Of a DNA stretch of 64,000 nucleotides, positions 35,534 to 47,662 are shown piece after piece. How positions within the stretch are numbered: the stretch's first letter is position 1; each line of letters begins with the position of its first letter. The DNA is from an uncultured delta proteobacterium (GTDB lineage: Bacteria; Myxococcota_A; Polyangia; Haliangiales; Haliangiaceae). The position numbers and the translations under genes are program-made. The notes under the pieces were generated by a model. It worked only from the letters and a program-made list of their open reading frames with translations. It was not told where the DNA came from and did no database searches. The stretch is from contig CAVUQH010000003.1 of NCBI GenBank assembly GCA_963743525.1, positions 1,120,001 through 1,184,000 on the forward strand, given 5' to 3'.

Positions 35534-36261
35534 GTGGCGCGGTCGAGCGCTCCTGCGCCCACCTTCGAGCGGACGACGTGCCGCTGGCGTTGGCTGAGGT
35601 CCACCGGTCGCTACCGGTCGGTGCACCACTGCGCTGCTCGGTGCCCGCCGGAACCGACGATGCGACCCTGCACGACCTGTTCGACGGCGCCGGCTTCACC
35701 GACATCCACCTGCACGGCGAGCGTCCTCGGTTCGTGGAGGCCGTACGGGCCCGGACGCTGCCCGACACCGTCGGACCCGACATGCGCGTCCTCGTCTGTG
35801 GCCTCAACCCGTCGCTGCGCGCCGCCGACAGCGGCGTCGGCTTCTTCACGCCGGGCAACCGGTTCTGGCCCGCCGCGCTCGCGGCCGGGCTGGCGTCGGT
35901 CGACCGCGACCCGTGGCGGGCGCTGCGCGACCACGGCATGGGCATGACCGACCTGGTGAAGCGGGCGACGCGCCGGGCCGACGAGCTCGACCCGGCCGAG
36001 TACCGCGGCGGCTGGGCCCGGGTCGACCGCCTGTGCGCCCGGCTGCGGCCCGGCGCGGTGTGCATGGTCGGCCTGACCGGCTGGCGCACGGCGGTCAACC
36101 GGCGTGCCAGGGCCGGGTGGCAGACCGAGCAGCTGGGCGGCAGGCCGGTGTACGTGATGCCGTCGACCTCGGGCCTCAACGCCCACAGCCGCCCGGCCGA
36201 CCTGCTCGAGCACCTGCAGACGGTGCTGGCCGGCCCGCCCGACGGAGCCAGCGAGGGCTAG
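35534..36261 (+). CDS. mug: Mismatch-specific uracil/TDG-family DNA glycosylase with N-terminal extension; start uncertain
   Basis: VCGLNPS, GNRFW, GMTDLVKRAT, MPSTSGLN motifs. Confidence 0.82.
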
Positions 36262-37231
36262 CGCGGGGGCCAGGTCGCGGACGGCCTGGCGCGGGTCGAG
36301 GCCGAAGGGCAGGATGGCCAGGGCCGGGGTGGTGACGCCGTTGTCCACGTAGCGCTCGATGTGCTCGCGGCACTCCTCGGGCGTGCCGTGGACGATGAGC
36401 TCGTCGACCACCTGGTCGGGGATGGCGGCGAGGGCGGCCTTGCGGTCGCCCGCCTTCCACGCGTCCCACATGTCGGCGAGCAGCTCGCCCCGGCCCAGCC
36501 AGTCGTGGAAGGCGGCGTACACGGGCACGTTGAGGTAGGCGGCGATGGCGAAGCGGCCCATGCCCGCGGACGGTGTCGGCGTCGTCGGTGGGGGCCACGA
36601 AGATGCGGGCCACCATCTCCTTGGCGCGCCGTCGCCGGCGCCTGCACGATGGGGGCCACGGTGGACACGTCGTCGGCCGACAGCCAGTTGATGATGGCGC
36701 CGTCGCCCTCGCGCCCGGCCAGCCGCAGCATCCCCTCCCGCAGGGCGGCGATCAGGATCGGCACCGGCTGCTCGGGCACGACGCCCGAGCTGGAAGCCGT
36801 TGCACCGAGAAGGTGTCGTAGTCCTCCTTGACCTTCTCGCCGGTCGAGGGCCGCGCGCAGGAAGCGCACCATGTCGCGGGTCCTGCTGGTACGGGCTCGT
36901 CGAAGGCGATGCCGTTCCAGCCGCTCGACGATCACGTTCGACGACGTGCCGATGCCGAAGGCCAACCGGCCGGGCGCGGCGTCGGCCAGCGAGGCCACGC
37001 ACTGGGCCAAGCAGCGCCGGGCCGCGGGTGAAGGCGGGGACGATGGCGGTGCCCAGGCGCAGCGACGGCGCCCACACCGACGCCAGGGCCAGCGGCGTGA
37101 AGCCGTCGGCGCCGTTGGCCTCCGCCGACCACACGTCGGTGTAGCCGAGGTCGGCCAGCTCCGCGATCCAGCTCGCGCTGGGCGTGGAGCGGGACGCCGT
37201 CGAAGGGGATGGTCATGCCGTAGCGCTGCAT
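36258..37231 (-). CDS. LLM-class F420-dependent oxidoreductase; frameshifted
   Basis: MQRYGMTIPF..WSAEANGADGFTPL..LRLGTAIVP..AALREGMLRLAG. Confidence 0.85.
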
Positions 37232-37253
37232 GGCCGCATCCTGCCATGTCGTG

Positions 37254-38123
37254 TCACCGGTCGAGCCGGCGCGGCTCGCCCCGGCGGCGGTGCCGCGGCC
37301 CGGCCTCGGACTCCTCGTGGATAGCGCACGATGGTCGACTGGCTGGCGGTGGCCAGCAGGGTGCCGTCCTCGGCCCACAGGTGCACGAGGCCGTGCCCGA
37401 AGCCGTTGGCGATGGCGTGGACCCGGATGTCGAGCAGGACCCAGTCGGTCGGCGACGATCTCGACCATGCGCAAGGTGTTGTCGAGGCTGTTGCCGCCGG
37501 CGTGGCGACCGAGCGCCTGTCCGAGGCCGAACGGGCACGTAGTCGCCGAGGATGGCCAGCGCGGCGCCGCGACATCTCGAGCACCTCGGGCATGCGGGCC
37601 CACATCGAGCAGCTGCCCGTCCGGCGCCGGGATCGCCGTCGATCTCGTCCCAGCTGCGGGCGTCGGCCAGGCGGAAGTCGAGCCGCGCATCATGCATCGA
37701 CGTCGTCCTCGACGACCCGCGGCGAAGCGCGGCTCGGCACTCGTCGGGCGGCGGGACGTCGGGCATCGTCGCCCACATGCCCGTCGCCGGCGGGTCGCGG
37801 TGGCCGAGCGCGGCGTTGACCGTGAGGATCTCGCGGTCGCCGACGTGGCCGATGGCCCGGGCCTGGGTGATCGACTTGCCCTGCGGCGGCCGATGACCAC
37901 GTCGATGTCCATGATCGAGCCGGTCTGGGCGTACGACAGGTACTGGGCGGTGGCCCAGATCACCGGGCGACCGGTGGTGCGCTCCATGGCCTCGATGCCG
38001 GCACCCAGGCCGCACCCGCCCCAGAGGAAGTTGCCCATGGTCGACACGCCCGGGGTCACCGGGAGGTACCAGCGGTTGGGGTTGTGGGTCGACTGCGAGT
38101 CCGAGGAAGGTCTTGGCGTCCAC
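37254..38123 (-). CDS. Acyl-CoA thioesterase (TesB-like); frameshifted, end approximate
   Basis: FLWGGCGLG, WATAQYLS, NSLDNTLR, GFGHGLVHLWAEDGTLLATASQS. Confidence 0.8.
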   Translation of the reverse strand: MDAKTFLGLAVDPQPQPLVPPGDPGRVDHGQLPLGRVRPGCRHRGHGAHHRSPGDLGHRPVPVVRPDRLDHGHRRGHRPPQGKSITQARAIGHVGDREILTVNAALGHRDPPATGMWATMPDVPPPDECRAALRRGSSRTTSMHDARLDFRLADARSWDEIDGDPGAGRAAARCGPACPRCSRCRGAALAILGDYVPVRPRTGARSPRRRQQPRQHLAHGRDRRRPTGSCSTSGSTPSPTASGTASCTCGPRTAPCWPPPASRPSCAIHEESEAGPRHRRRGEPRRLDR

Positions 38124-38134
38124 GGCGCGGGAGC

Positions 38135-40347
38135 CTAGGGACGCGCCCCGCCGCCGGACGGATCCGGATAGATGCGGTCGGCGTACTCCGCTGACCATGC
38201 GGGCGGCGGAGAACCGGGGGCCGTTGGTGCGCAGGCTGGCCTCGCACCATCGCCACCCAGCCGGCGGGGACGCCGTCGTCGTCGCGGTCGTGGAACAGCG
38301 GGACGACCTGCTGCTCGAGCAGGTCGAAGAGGGCGTCGGCGTGCGCGGCGGTCCTGGGCCTCGTGGTCGTCGGTCGACGTCGCCGTCGATGGCCCAGCCG
38401 TTGGTGCCGTCGTAGGCCTCGGCCCACCAGCCGTCGAGCACCGACAGGTTGAGGCCGCCGTTGAGCGCCGCCTTCATCCCGCTGGTGCCGCTGGCCTCCT
38501 GGGGCGGGCGGGGCAGGTTGACCCAGACGTCGCAGCCGGCGACCAGCTCGGCGGCCGAGCGGCAGGTCGTAGTCCTCGAGGAAGGCGACCCGTGCGCCGA
38601 CGCTCGGCGCTGCCCTTGAGCTGGAACAGCGTCGCGCAGGATCGCCTTGGCGCCGTCGTCGGCCGGGTGGGCCTTGCCGGCGAACACGAACTGCACCGGG
38701 CGCGTCGCCGCCGAGCAGCCGCAGGGCCCGGTCGGCGTCGCAGGGCCAGCAGGTACAGGCGCTTGTAGGTGGCGAGCCGCCGGGCGAAGCCGAGCGTGAG
38801 GCGCGTCGGGGTCGAAGCCGTCGTGCGGCCGCCTCGGCGTAGTCGAGGTCCTCGCCGCGCCGCAGGCGGTCCTCGGTGGCCTGCGCGCCGCGAGCCAGCT
38901 CGACCAGCGTGGCGCCGGGCCTCGCTGCGCGCCGCCCACAGCTCGGCGTCGGGGATGTCGTCGACCGGCGCCCAGGTGCTCGGGCTCGTCGGCCCGGTCG
39001 CTGCCAGCCGTCGCCGAGGTGGCGGTCGAGCAGGTCGCGCATCGGCGCGCGCAGCCAGGTGGGCAGGTGCACGCCGTTGGTGACGTGGGTGATCGGCACG
39101 TCCTCGCGCTGGCGCCGCCGAAGAGCGGCTGCCACATGTCCCGGGCGACCTCGCCGTGGCGCCGGCTGACCGCCGTTGGCCGACCGGCGACGCCCGCAGC
39201 GCCAGCGCGGTCATGCCGAGGGCTGCGTCGGGTCGTCCTGGTCGACCCGGCCCAGCGCGAGGAGCCGCTCGCGGTCGCCGCGTCAGGTCGAGCGAGCCGG
39301 CCGAGCACGCTCGAGCGATCTCGTCGCGGCCGTAGGTCTCGTTGCCGGCGGGCACCGGGCGTGTGGGTGGTGAACACGATGCCGGCTGCGCGCACCTGCT
39401 CGCCAGGCGTCGTCCGAACGACGCCGCCGCTCGCGCGCCGCGGCCAGCGAGCTCGAAGCGCGGCCAGCGCCGGGTGCCCCTCGTTCAGGTGGCAGCACGG
39501 CCGGCTCGATGCCCAGCGCGTCGCAGCGCCCGCACCCCGCCGACGCCCAGCACCGCGTACTGGGCCAGGCGGATCGCGCCGGTTGCCGTCGTAGAGGCGG
39601 GCGGTCGATCCAGCGGCCCACCGGCGAGTTCGTCGTCGACGGTCGGTGTCGAGCAGGTAGAGCGGCACCCGGCCGACGTCGACCCGCCAGACGTGCACGG
39701 TGACGTCCTCGTCGCCGACCGGCACGGTGACCGTGAGCGGCTGGCCGTGCGTCGTCGGTGACCCGGACGCACGGCGGGCCGCTCGGGGTCGGCGTCCACC
39801 CAGTACTCGTGCTGCATGCCGCAGGGGTCGAGCCGCTGGTGGAAGTAGCCGTTGCGGTAGAGCAGGCCGACGCCCACCATCGGCAGGGCGAGGTCGGACT
39901 GCCGCCTTCACGATGTCGCCGGCGAGCACGCCGAGGCCGCCGGAGTAGATCGGCAGCGACGGGTGCACGCCGAACTCGGCGCACAGGAAGGCCGCCGGAT
40001 GCTCGGGACTGGTCGCTCCCGGACGGGGTGGACGAGCGCGGTCGGCGGCGAGCGAGCCGGCCAGGGCCTGGATGCGATCCACCAGCGACCGGGTCGGCGG
40101 CGGCCCGCTCGAGCTCGACCGAGGGTGTCTCGCAGAGCAGGCGGATCGGGTTGTGGCCGACCCGGTCCCACCGTGCGGGAGCGATGGCCGCGAACACCGC
40201 CGGCCCGTCCGCCGACCACGTCCAGCGCAGGTCGTAGGCGACGTCGGCCAGTGGCGCCAGCGCCGGCGGCAGCCGGTCGGCCAGCGTCATGATCGCCTGC
40301 GCGACCTCCTCGTCACCCCGGCGCGTCCCGTCCGTCGTGTCGGTCAT
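38135..40347 (-). CDS. glgP: Alpha-glucan (glycogen) phosphorylase; heavily frameshifted
   Basis: YSGGLGVLAGD, HLNEGHP, TNGVH, GFARRLATYKR, EASGTSGMKAALNG, LSVLDGWW. Confidence 0.92.
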
Positions 40348-40512
40348 GGTCGCCCAGTCAACAGGATGGCTGCGACGGTGGCTCCGGTCGGGCCTCGGTG
40401 ACCGCGGTTTGGCGTCAACGGACCCTGCCGGTAGAACCGGTGGCCTCCGGTTCGCATGGTGCGCGACCCGCGGTGCCCGCCGGATCAAGCACGCAACGCG
40501 AGAAGGGGCGGG

Positions 40513-42045
40513 ATGCATCGCAGGACACGACGTCGATTCGCCGCGGCGCTGGCAGCGGCGCTGATCATGGGGGGCTGCGCCGGGTCGTCCGGCTCGGACG
40601 ACAGCGAGAGCGACGCTCCGGCCACCACGGTCGACGGTGGCGCCTCGACTGACGCCGGCGACCAGGCCGCTGCGGTCCAGGCGCTCGACGAGACCCAACG
40701 CACCCACCTCGTGGAGGGCGGCGAGACGACGTGGGACGTGACGTACGACCCGGCGACCACCGTGGTCGACGGCGAGGCCCTGGCCGCGCTCACGTCCGGC
40801 GACCCGGCGACCGGCACGTACACCTTCGACACCGACGGGGCCGACGCTGCTGGCCTCGATCTGAGCGAGGGCCGCGTGCTGCTCGTGGCCGGACAGGCGG
40901 TGCGGCGCATCACCGCCGTGGACGACGGCGGTGCGACGACGACGGTGCGGACCGAACAGGCCACGCTGGCTGACGCCATCGACGAGGGCACCGTGGCGTG
41001 GGACGTGCCGATCCGGTTCGACTTCGACCAGTTCCTCACCGCGACGGGCGACGGCTCCGGTCCCAGTCGCATGCGCGGTGCGGCCGCGCCGACGGTCGCC
41101 GGCGAAGCCCAGCTCGCCTCGATCGCCATGCGCATGCCCGACGGGCGCACGGTGCCGCTGCAGTCGTCGGACGAGATCGGCCAGGAGATCAAGGACTCGA
41201 TCACGGTCAAGCCCGAGCAGGGCGCCGTCGAATGGACGTACGGATCCCACGGGAACAAGTACCAGTTCCGCCTGACCGCCAAGGGTGACGCCGTCGACAT
41301 CCTGGTCGTCGTGTCCCGCGAGTCGGGCCGCGGTGCCACGATGGCCTTCCGGGGCGAAGGCACGATCGGCAGCCTGCGTTCGGTGTCCTCGAGCAACTAC
41401 CACGACAGCGAGCTGACCGGTTCCGACGTCGAGTTGCAGGAGCTGGCCAGCGACCTCGACCTGTCGCTGTCGGTCGCCGGCGCCGGCGTGTCACCGGTCG
41501 ACTTCGAGATCCCCGTCCCCATGCTCACCTACACCTGGCTGGTGGGACCGGTCCCCGTCACGCTCGACCTCACCGCAGAGATCATCGGCAACGTCGACGC
41601 CCAGGCCAACGCCTCCGCGACCGCGAAGTCGTCCTTCTCGTACCGGGGCAGCGCCGGGTTCCGCTTCGAGGGCGCCGACGTGTCCACCTCGGGTGCGACC
41701 GACGTGGACGAGATGGACCCGGAACCGGCCGACTCGGCAGCGGGGATGGGCATCGACGTCGACGCCCAGTTCGGGCTGGGCTTCCCCAGCGTCTCTCTGT
41801 CCGTCCTGGGCCAGGGGCTGGTACCCCACCTCAGAGCCGGAGCCGTGATCGGTTCGCACCTGCAATGGGGCGGACCCGCCGCGGGGTTCCCAGCCTCGTC
41901 CATCTGCAAGTCGGCGTACGTGCGGATGGAAGTATCGGGCGGCTACGACTTCATGATCCTCGGCGAGAGCCTGGCCGGCGACAAGTTCACGCTCTACGAG
42001 GACGAGAACAAGACCGAGGCGGACAACTGTCCCGACGACGGCTGA
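40513..42045 (+). CDS. Large secreted lipoprotein of unknown function (beta-rich)
   Basis: MHRRTRRRFAAALAAALIMGGC: twin-Arg-like signal plus lipobox; intact 510-aa ORF. Confidence 0.75.
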   Translation: MHRRTRRRFAAALAAALIMGGCAGSSGSDDSESDAPATTVDGGASTDAGDQAAAVQALDETQRTHLVEGGETTWDVTYDPATTVVDGEALAALTSGDPATGTYTFDTDGADAAGLDLSEGRVLLVAGQAVRRITAVDDGGATTTVRTEQATLADAIDEGTVAWDVPIRFDFDQFLTATGDGSGPSRMRGAAAPTVAGEAQLASIAMRMPDGRTVPLQSSDEIGQEIKDSITVKPEQGAVEWTYGSHGNKYQFRLTAKGDAVDILVVVSRESGRGATMAFRGEGTIGSLRSVSSSNYHDSELTGSDVELQELASDLDLSLSVAGAGVSPVDFEIPVPMLTYTWLVGPVPVTLDLTAEIIGNVDAQANASATAKSSFSYRGSAGFRFEGADVSTSGATDVDEMDPEPADSAAGMGIDVDAQFGLGFPSVSLSVLGQGLVPHLRAGAVIGSHLQWGGPAAGFPASSICKSAYVRMEVSGGYDFMILGESLAGDKFTLYEDENKTEADNCPDDG

Positions 42046-42151
42046 CCCCGGCCGGCAGCCACACCGGCCGTCCCGGGACGTTGTGCCCTGGCGGATCGAC
42101 GGCGGCGACGCGCACGATGCGACGAGTCGCCCCGATCCGCAGGAGGCCGCC

Positions 42152-43619
42152 ATGGCGATGGACCGGTTCATGGAACCCACGGATGCCTGGATCTGGTATC
42201 TCGAGCAGGACCCCCTGCTGCGGTTCACGGTCACCGCGATCACGCTGCTCGACCGCGCCCCGGACTGGGACCGGCTGGTGGACCGCTTCGAGAAGGCCAG
42301 TCGCGTGGCGCCGCACTTCCGGGACCGGGTCGTGTCCACGCCGTTCCGCCTGGCACCACCCCGCTGGGTCAGCGACGAGCGCTTCGACCTGAGCTACCAC
42401 CTCCGGCGGGTGCGGGCTCCGTCGCCGGGGACCTTCGGTTCGGTCCTCGAGCTCGCCCGGACCTCCGCGATGGCCGGGCTCGACCGCAGCCGCCCGCTCT
42501 GGGAGGCGACGCTGGTGGAAGACGTCGACGGCGACGGCGCCGCGCTCATCGTGAAGACCCACCACTCGCTCACCGACGGCGTGGGCGGCATGCAGCTGGC
42601 CCTCGTCCTGTTCGACCTGGAGCCCGATGCGAACCCGACCGAGTGGCCCGACCCACCGGCTCCGGAGGCGTTGTCCGCGACCGGCCTGGCACGGGACGCG
42701 CTCGCCCACCACTCGAACCGGATGGTCCGGGCCGGTGCGCGCGCCGCCGGAGCAGCGCTGCCGACCCTGGGCCGGCTGGCGCGCGATCCGGTCGGCACCG
42801 CCGGCGGCTGGCTGCGCACCGGGACCTCGGTTGCCCGCATGGTGCGTCCGGTCGGCAGCACCCTGTCGCCAGTGATGCGCGATCGTGGGTTGTCGTGGCG
42901 CTTCCAGGCGCTCGAAGTGCCGTTGGACGAACTGCGTCGGTCGACGAAGGTGACGGGCACGACGTTGAACGATGCGTTCCTGGCCGGGATCACCGGCGGG
43001 ATGCGTCGGTACCACGAGCAGCTCGGCCACCCGGTGCGCGAGCTGCGGGTGAGCATGCCGATCAGCATCCGCGAGGACGGCGACCCCATCGGTGGCAACC
43101 GGGTCGCCATCGTGCGGTACCCGGTGCCGGTGGACGTCGCCGATCCACGCGAGCGCCTGCCGCTGCTCCACGGCGCCGCCACGAGCGCTCGCGAGGAGCC
43201 CGCGGTGCCCCACACCGAGGCGGTCGTCGAGGCCGTATCGCCGCTCACGCCGCTGGCCGTGCGCTCCATGGCGGTGCACATGGACTTCGGGGCGAGCAAC
43301 GTGCCGGGCCCGCCGTTCCCGGTGTACCTGGCGGGAGCGGAGGCGCTGCGGTTCTACCCGTTCGGTCCCACGGGTGGGTCGGCGGTCAACATCACGCTGC
43401 TCTCCTACCGCGGCACCTGCTGCATCGGCGTCAACGCGGACACGGCGGCGGTCACCGACGGTGAGCGGTTCCTCGCCTGCCTGGCCGAGGGTTTCGACGA
43501 GGTGCTCGCGCTCGGCGGTGCCGGCGCACGAGCGACGGTGGCCGGTTTTCCGGGTGGCCCCACGGCCGAGCCCGCCGCATCCGTCGACGACCGCCGCGTC
43601 GAGGAACAGCAGTGCCTAG
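42152..43619 (+). CDS. Wax ester/triacylglycerol synthase (WS/DGAT) #2; stop probably missed through an indel
   Basis: AGGAGG RBS; LDRSRPLWE, KTHHSLTDGVGG, SNVPGP, FGPTGGSAVNITLLSY; family similarity ends near 43510. Confidence 0.88.
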
Positions 43620-44377
43620 GAGCAGCGGAGCTCGGCGTAGCCCGAGGTGTCGTCGGCCCCCACCTCGATGGTGAACGGGCGGGCGTCACCACGCTCGACG
43701 GTGTCGGCCGTGGGGTCGACGCGCCACTCGGTGGAGCGGCCCTGGTACGTCGAGTCGCCGCTGTTCTGGCCCTCGTGCTGCAGGAAGCCGTCGAGCGACC
43801 CGTCGCCGTCGAGGTCGGTGCACTCGATGCCGGACACGAAGCCGACGCTGGCACCGACCGCGAAGGAGTTGGGGCGTCCGTCGACCACGGGCCGCACCAC
43901 CTCGCAGCCATCCGACAGGACCAGGCTGACGATCTCGACCGCCGCCCCGGACCCGACCACGACCCACAGGTCGTCGTCGCCGTCGCTGTCGACGTCGGCG
44001 ACCCGGGCGACCCGGATGGGGCCGTAGGTGGCCACGGACGGGTCGTCGTACACGGCCACGGTGCGCCCCCCGGCGGCGTAGTCGACCTGGAGCGCGATGC
44101 TGCGGTCGTCGACGATGGTCATCACGACGTCGTCGTCGGTCCCGTCGCCGTCGACGTCGGCCGGGACCGGGTCCTCGACCGGCTCGCCCGCCGCCGGTGC
44201 ATCCTCGGGACAGGTCGTCGGCGTGGAGGCGGTGGACGTGGTGGAGGTGGAGGTCGACGTCGAGGTGGCGGACGTGGACGTCGTCGTGCTCGGTGCGGCG
44301 CCGTCGTCGCCTCCACCGCACGCCGTGACCGCCAGGAGCAGGACCGTCACGGCGGCCAGGCGGGGAACGAGGGGCAC
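43616..44377 (-). CDS. Lipoprotein with Thr-rich stalk and three DxDxDG Ca-binding-type motifs
   Basis: Lipobox VTAC; DVDGDGTDD, DVDSDGDDD, DLDGDGSLD. Confidence 0.75.
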   Translation of the reverse strand: MPLVPRLAAVTVLLLAVTACGGGDDGAAPSTTTSTSATSTSTSTSTTSTASTPTTCPEDAPAAGEPVEDPVPADVDGDGTDDDVVMTIVDDRSIALQVDYAAGGRTVAVYDDPSVATYGPIRVARVADVDSDGDDDLWVVVGSGAAVEIVSLVLSDGCEVVRPVVDGRPNSFAVGASVGFVSGIECTDLDGDGSLDGFLQHEGQNSGDSTYQGRSTEWRVDPTADTVERGDARPFTIEVGADDTSGYAELRCS

Positions 44378-44436
44378 GCGCCCATGCTGTCAGCTGCGGC
44401 CGCGTTCCTGTCAGACCCCCTGCGGATACTCAGGAC

Positions 44437-44622
44437 ATGGCAACACAGACCGAGCTCCTCCCCCCGAGCTTCCACCTCGACCGCCGCAGCCGGGAGGCCG
44501 GCCGGCGCGGGGTGGCCAAGGCACGGGACGCCCTCGCCCAGGCCCAACGGCGCACCGCCCGGCACGCCGACGACCAACCGCCCCACCACGACGGCGGTGA
44601 CCACCACGCCACCGCCGCCTGA
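44437..44622 (+). CDS. Small hypothetical protein (61 aa)
   Basis: FHLDRRSREAGRRGVAKARDAL helix; promoter-like motif directly upstream. Confidence 0.55.
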   Translation: MATQTELLPPSFHLDRRSREAGRRGVAKARDALAQAQRRTARHADDQPPHHDGGDHHATAA

Positions 44623-44649
44623 TGGGGCACGTCGGTAGCATCGGCGCCC

Positions 44650-44925
44650 ATGGGCGTCATCGGCTGGATCATCGTCGGCCTGGTGGCCGGTGGCCTGGCC
44701 GGCCGGGTCACCGGCGTGCGGGGCAACGGCTGCATCACCACGATGGTGATCGGCGTCATCGGCGGCCTGCTGGGCGGGGCGCTGTTCACCGCGGCGGGCG
44801 ACGAGGGCATCGGCGACTTCGGCCTGCGCTCCCTGTTCGTGGCCTTCATCGGGGCCACGCTGCTGCTGCTGGTCGTCGGCGGCCTCACCGGCGCCGGTCG
44901 TGGGCGCCGGCGCGGCTGGTTCTGA
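44650..44925 (+). CDS. GlsB/YeaQ/YmgE (transglycosylase-associated) membrane protein
   Basis: WIIVGLVAGGLA..GVIGGLLGG..VAFIGATLLL. Confidence 0.88.
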   Translation: MGVIGWIIVGLVAGGLAGRVTGVRGNGCITTMVIGVIGGLLGGALFTAAGDEGIGDFGLRSLFVAFIGATLLLLVVGGLTGAGRGRRRGWF

Positions 44926-44946
44926 GCAGCCGGACGGCCCCCGGTT

Positions 44947-44968
44947 CTCTTGACCGGCCGGTCAAGAG
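44947..44968. promoter_or_regulatory. Perfect 22-bp palindrome overlapping the -35 region of the thiolase promoter
   Basis: CTCTTGACCGGCCGGTCAAGAG; TTGACC at 44950 and TAGAGT at 44975, ATG at 44987. Confidence 0.7.
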
Positions 44969-44986
44969 TCGTCGTAGAGTGTCGCC

Positions 44987-46168
<1,182 letters not shown>

Positions 46169-46179
46169 CCGCCCACCGG

Positions 46180-46776
46180 CATCGACCCGCGACCGCGCGG
46201 GCCGCGCCCGCTTCCGCCACCGGCACGGGCCGCCCGGTCGCGTCCGTGCTCGCCCTGGTCGTGGTCGGCGGCGATGGCAGCCGGCTGCGCCGCGGTCACG
46301 CCGTCGGGCGGCACCGGCCGGCGGCTGGCGACGGCGTGGTCGTCCGGCGTCATCGACGGCGACACCGTCGACGTCGACTTCGGCGGCACCGAGGAGCGCG
46401 TGCGCCTGATCGGCATCGACACACCCGAGATCGGTCGACGCCCGACCGTCCGGTCGCAGTGCTACGGCGCCGAGGCCACGGCCCGCACCGAAGGGCCTGC
46501 TCCCCGAGGGCACCGCACGTGCGCCTCGAGCGCGACGTCGAGCGCCCGCGACCGCTACGGCCGCCTGCTGGCCTACGTGTACCGCAGCCGACGACGACCT
46601 GCTCGTCAACCTGGTCCTGGTCGAGCGAGGGCTACGCCGACGCGCGTGACCTTCGGCGACAACGAGGCCCTCTACGCCACCTCGGCGCCGCCGAGGCCGC
46701 CGCCCGCGACCAGGGACGGGGCCTGTGGGGTGCCTGCGGCGGCCCCGACGTCGCCGTCGGTCCGCCGCCGAGCTGA
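46180..46776 (+). CDS. Thermonuclease (SNase) family protein; frameshifted, start uncertain
   Basis: VIDGDTV, RVRLIGIDTPE, DRYGRLLAYV, RGLWGAC. Confidence 0.8.
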   Translation, partial: HRPATARAAPASATGTGRPVASVLALVVVGGDGSRLRRGHAVGRHRPAAGDGVVVRRHRRRHRRRRLRRHRGARAPDRHRHTRDRSTPDRPVAVLRRRGHGPHRRACSPRAPHVRLERDVERPRPLRPPAGLRVPQPTTTCSSTWSWSSEGYADARDLRRQRGPLRHLGAAEAAARDQGRGLWGACGGPDVAVGPPPS

Positions 46777-46821
46777 ACCGGTCGCTGCCCCGCCGGCTGC
46801 AGATCGGTAGCGTCTGGCCCG

Positions 46822-47662
46822 ATGTCCGACGCTCGCCGAGCGCCTCGGGTCACGCCGCCGACGACCGCCTGCTGATCATCAACTGCGACGACCTCGGCGT
46901 CATGCCACGCCGCCAACCACGGCGTGTACCGAGGCCCTGCGCGACGGCATGGCCACCAGCGCGTCGCTCATGGTGCCCGTGCCCCTGGGCACGCGAGGCG
47001 GCCAGCCGCTACCGGGGCGAGGACGTCGGCGTCCACCTCACCCTCAACGCCGAGTACGACCTGCTACCGGTGGGGGCCCATCACCCACGCCCCGTCGCTG
47101 CTCGACGGCGACGGCGGCTTCCCCCGCACCGTCGTCGACGTCTGGGACCACGCCGACCTCGACGAGGTCCGCCGGGAGTGCCGGGCCCAGATCGAGCGGG
47201 CCATCCTGTGGGGCTTCGACGTCAGCCACCTCGACAGCCACATGGGCACCCTCCAGCTGCGGCCCGAGTTCTTCGACGTCTACCTCGACCTCGCCGTCGA
47301 GTTCCGGCTGCCGCTCCGGCTGTCCGGCGCCTCCACCGAGCGCGCCATCGGGTTCCCGTTCCGCGACCTGGCCGCCGAGGAGGGCGTCCTGTTCCCCGAC
47401 CACTTCGTCGTACGTCCGCGGCGTCGGCAGCCGCAAGGCGCATCGAGCGGACCATCTTCGACCTCGCTCCGGGCGTCACCGAGGTGTACGTGCACCCGGC
47501 GCTCGACACGCCCGAGCTGCGGGCCATCGGCGACGACTGGGCCGGCCGGGTCGACGACCTCGACTTCGTCATGCAGCGCCGAGGTCCGGCTCGCTGCTCG
47601 AGCGGGCCGGCGTCCAGCTCATCGGCTTCCGCGAGCTGCGCGACGCCCAGCGGGCCGGTTGA
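46822..47662 (+). CDS. YdjC/ChbG-family carbohydrate deacetylase; frameshifted
   Basis: LIINCDDLG, GVHLTL, RAQIE, SHLDSHMG, TEVYVHP. Confidence 0.82.

Noticed and set aside
42083..44638. 851-aa WS/DGAT with a long C-terminal extension
   Set aside because: The extension is the antisense shadow of the 43616-44377 lipoprotein; a CTAG at 43616-43619 offers a shared convergent stop, as at 36258-36261
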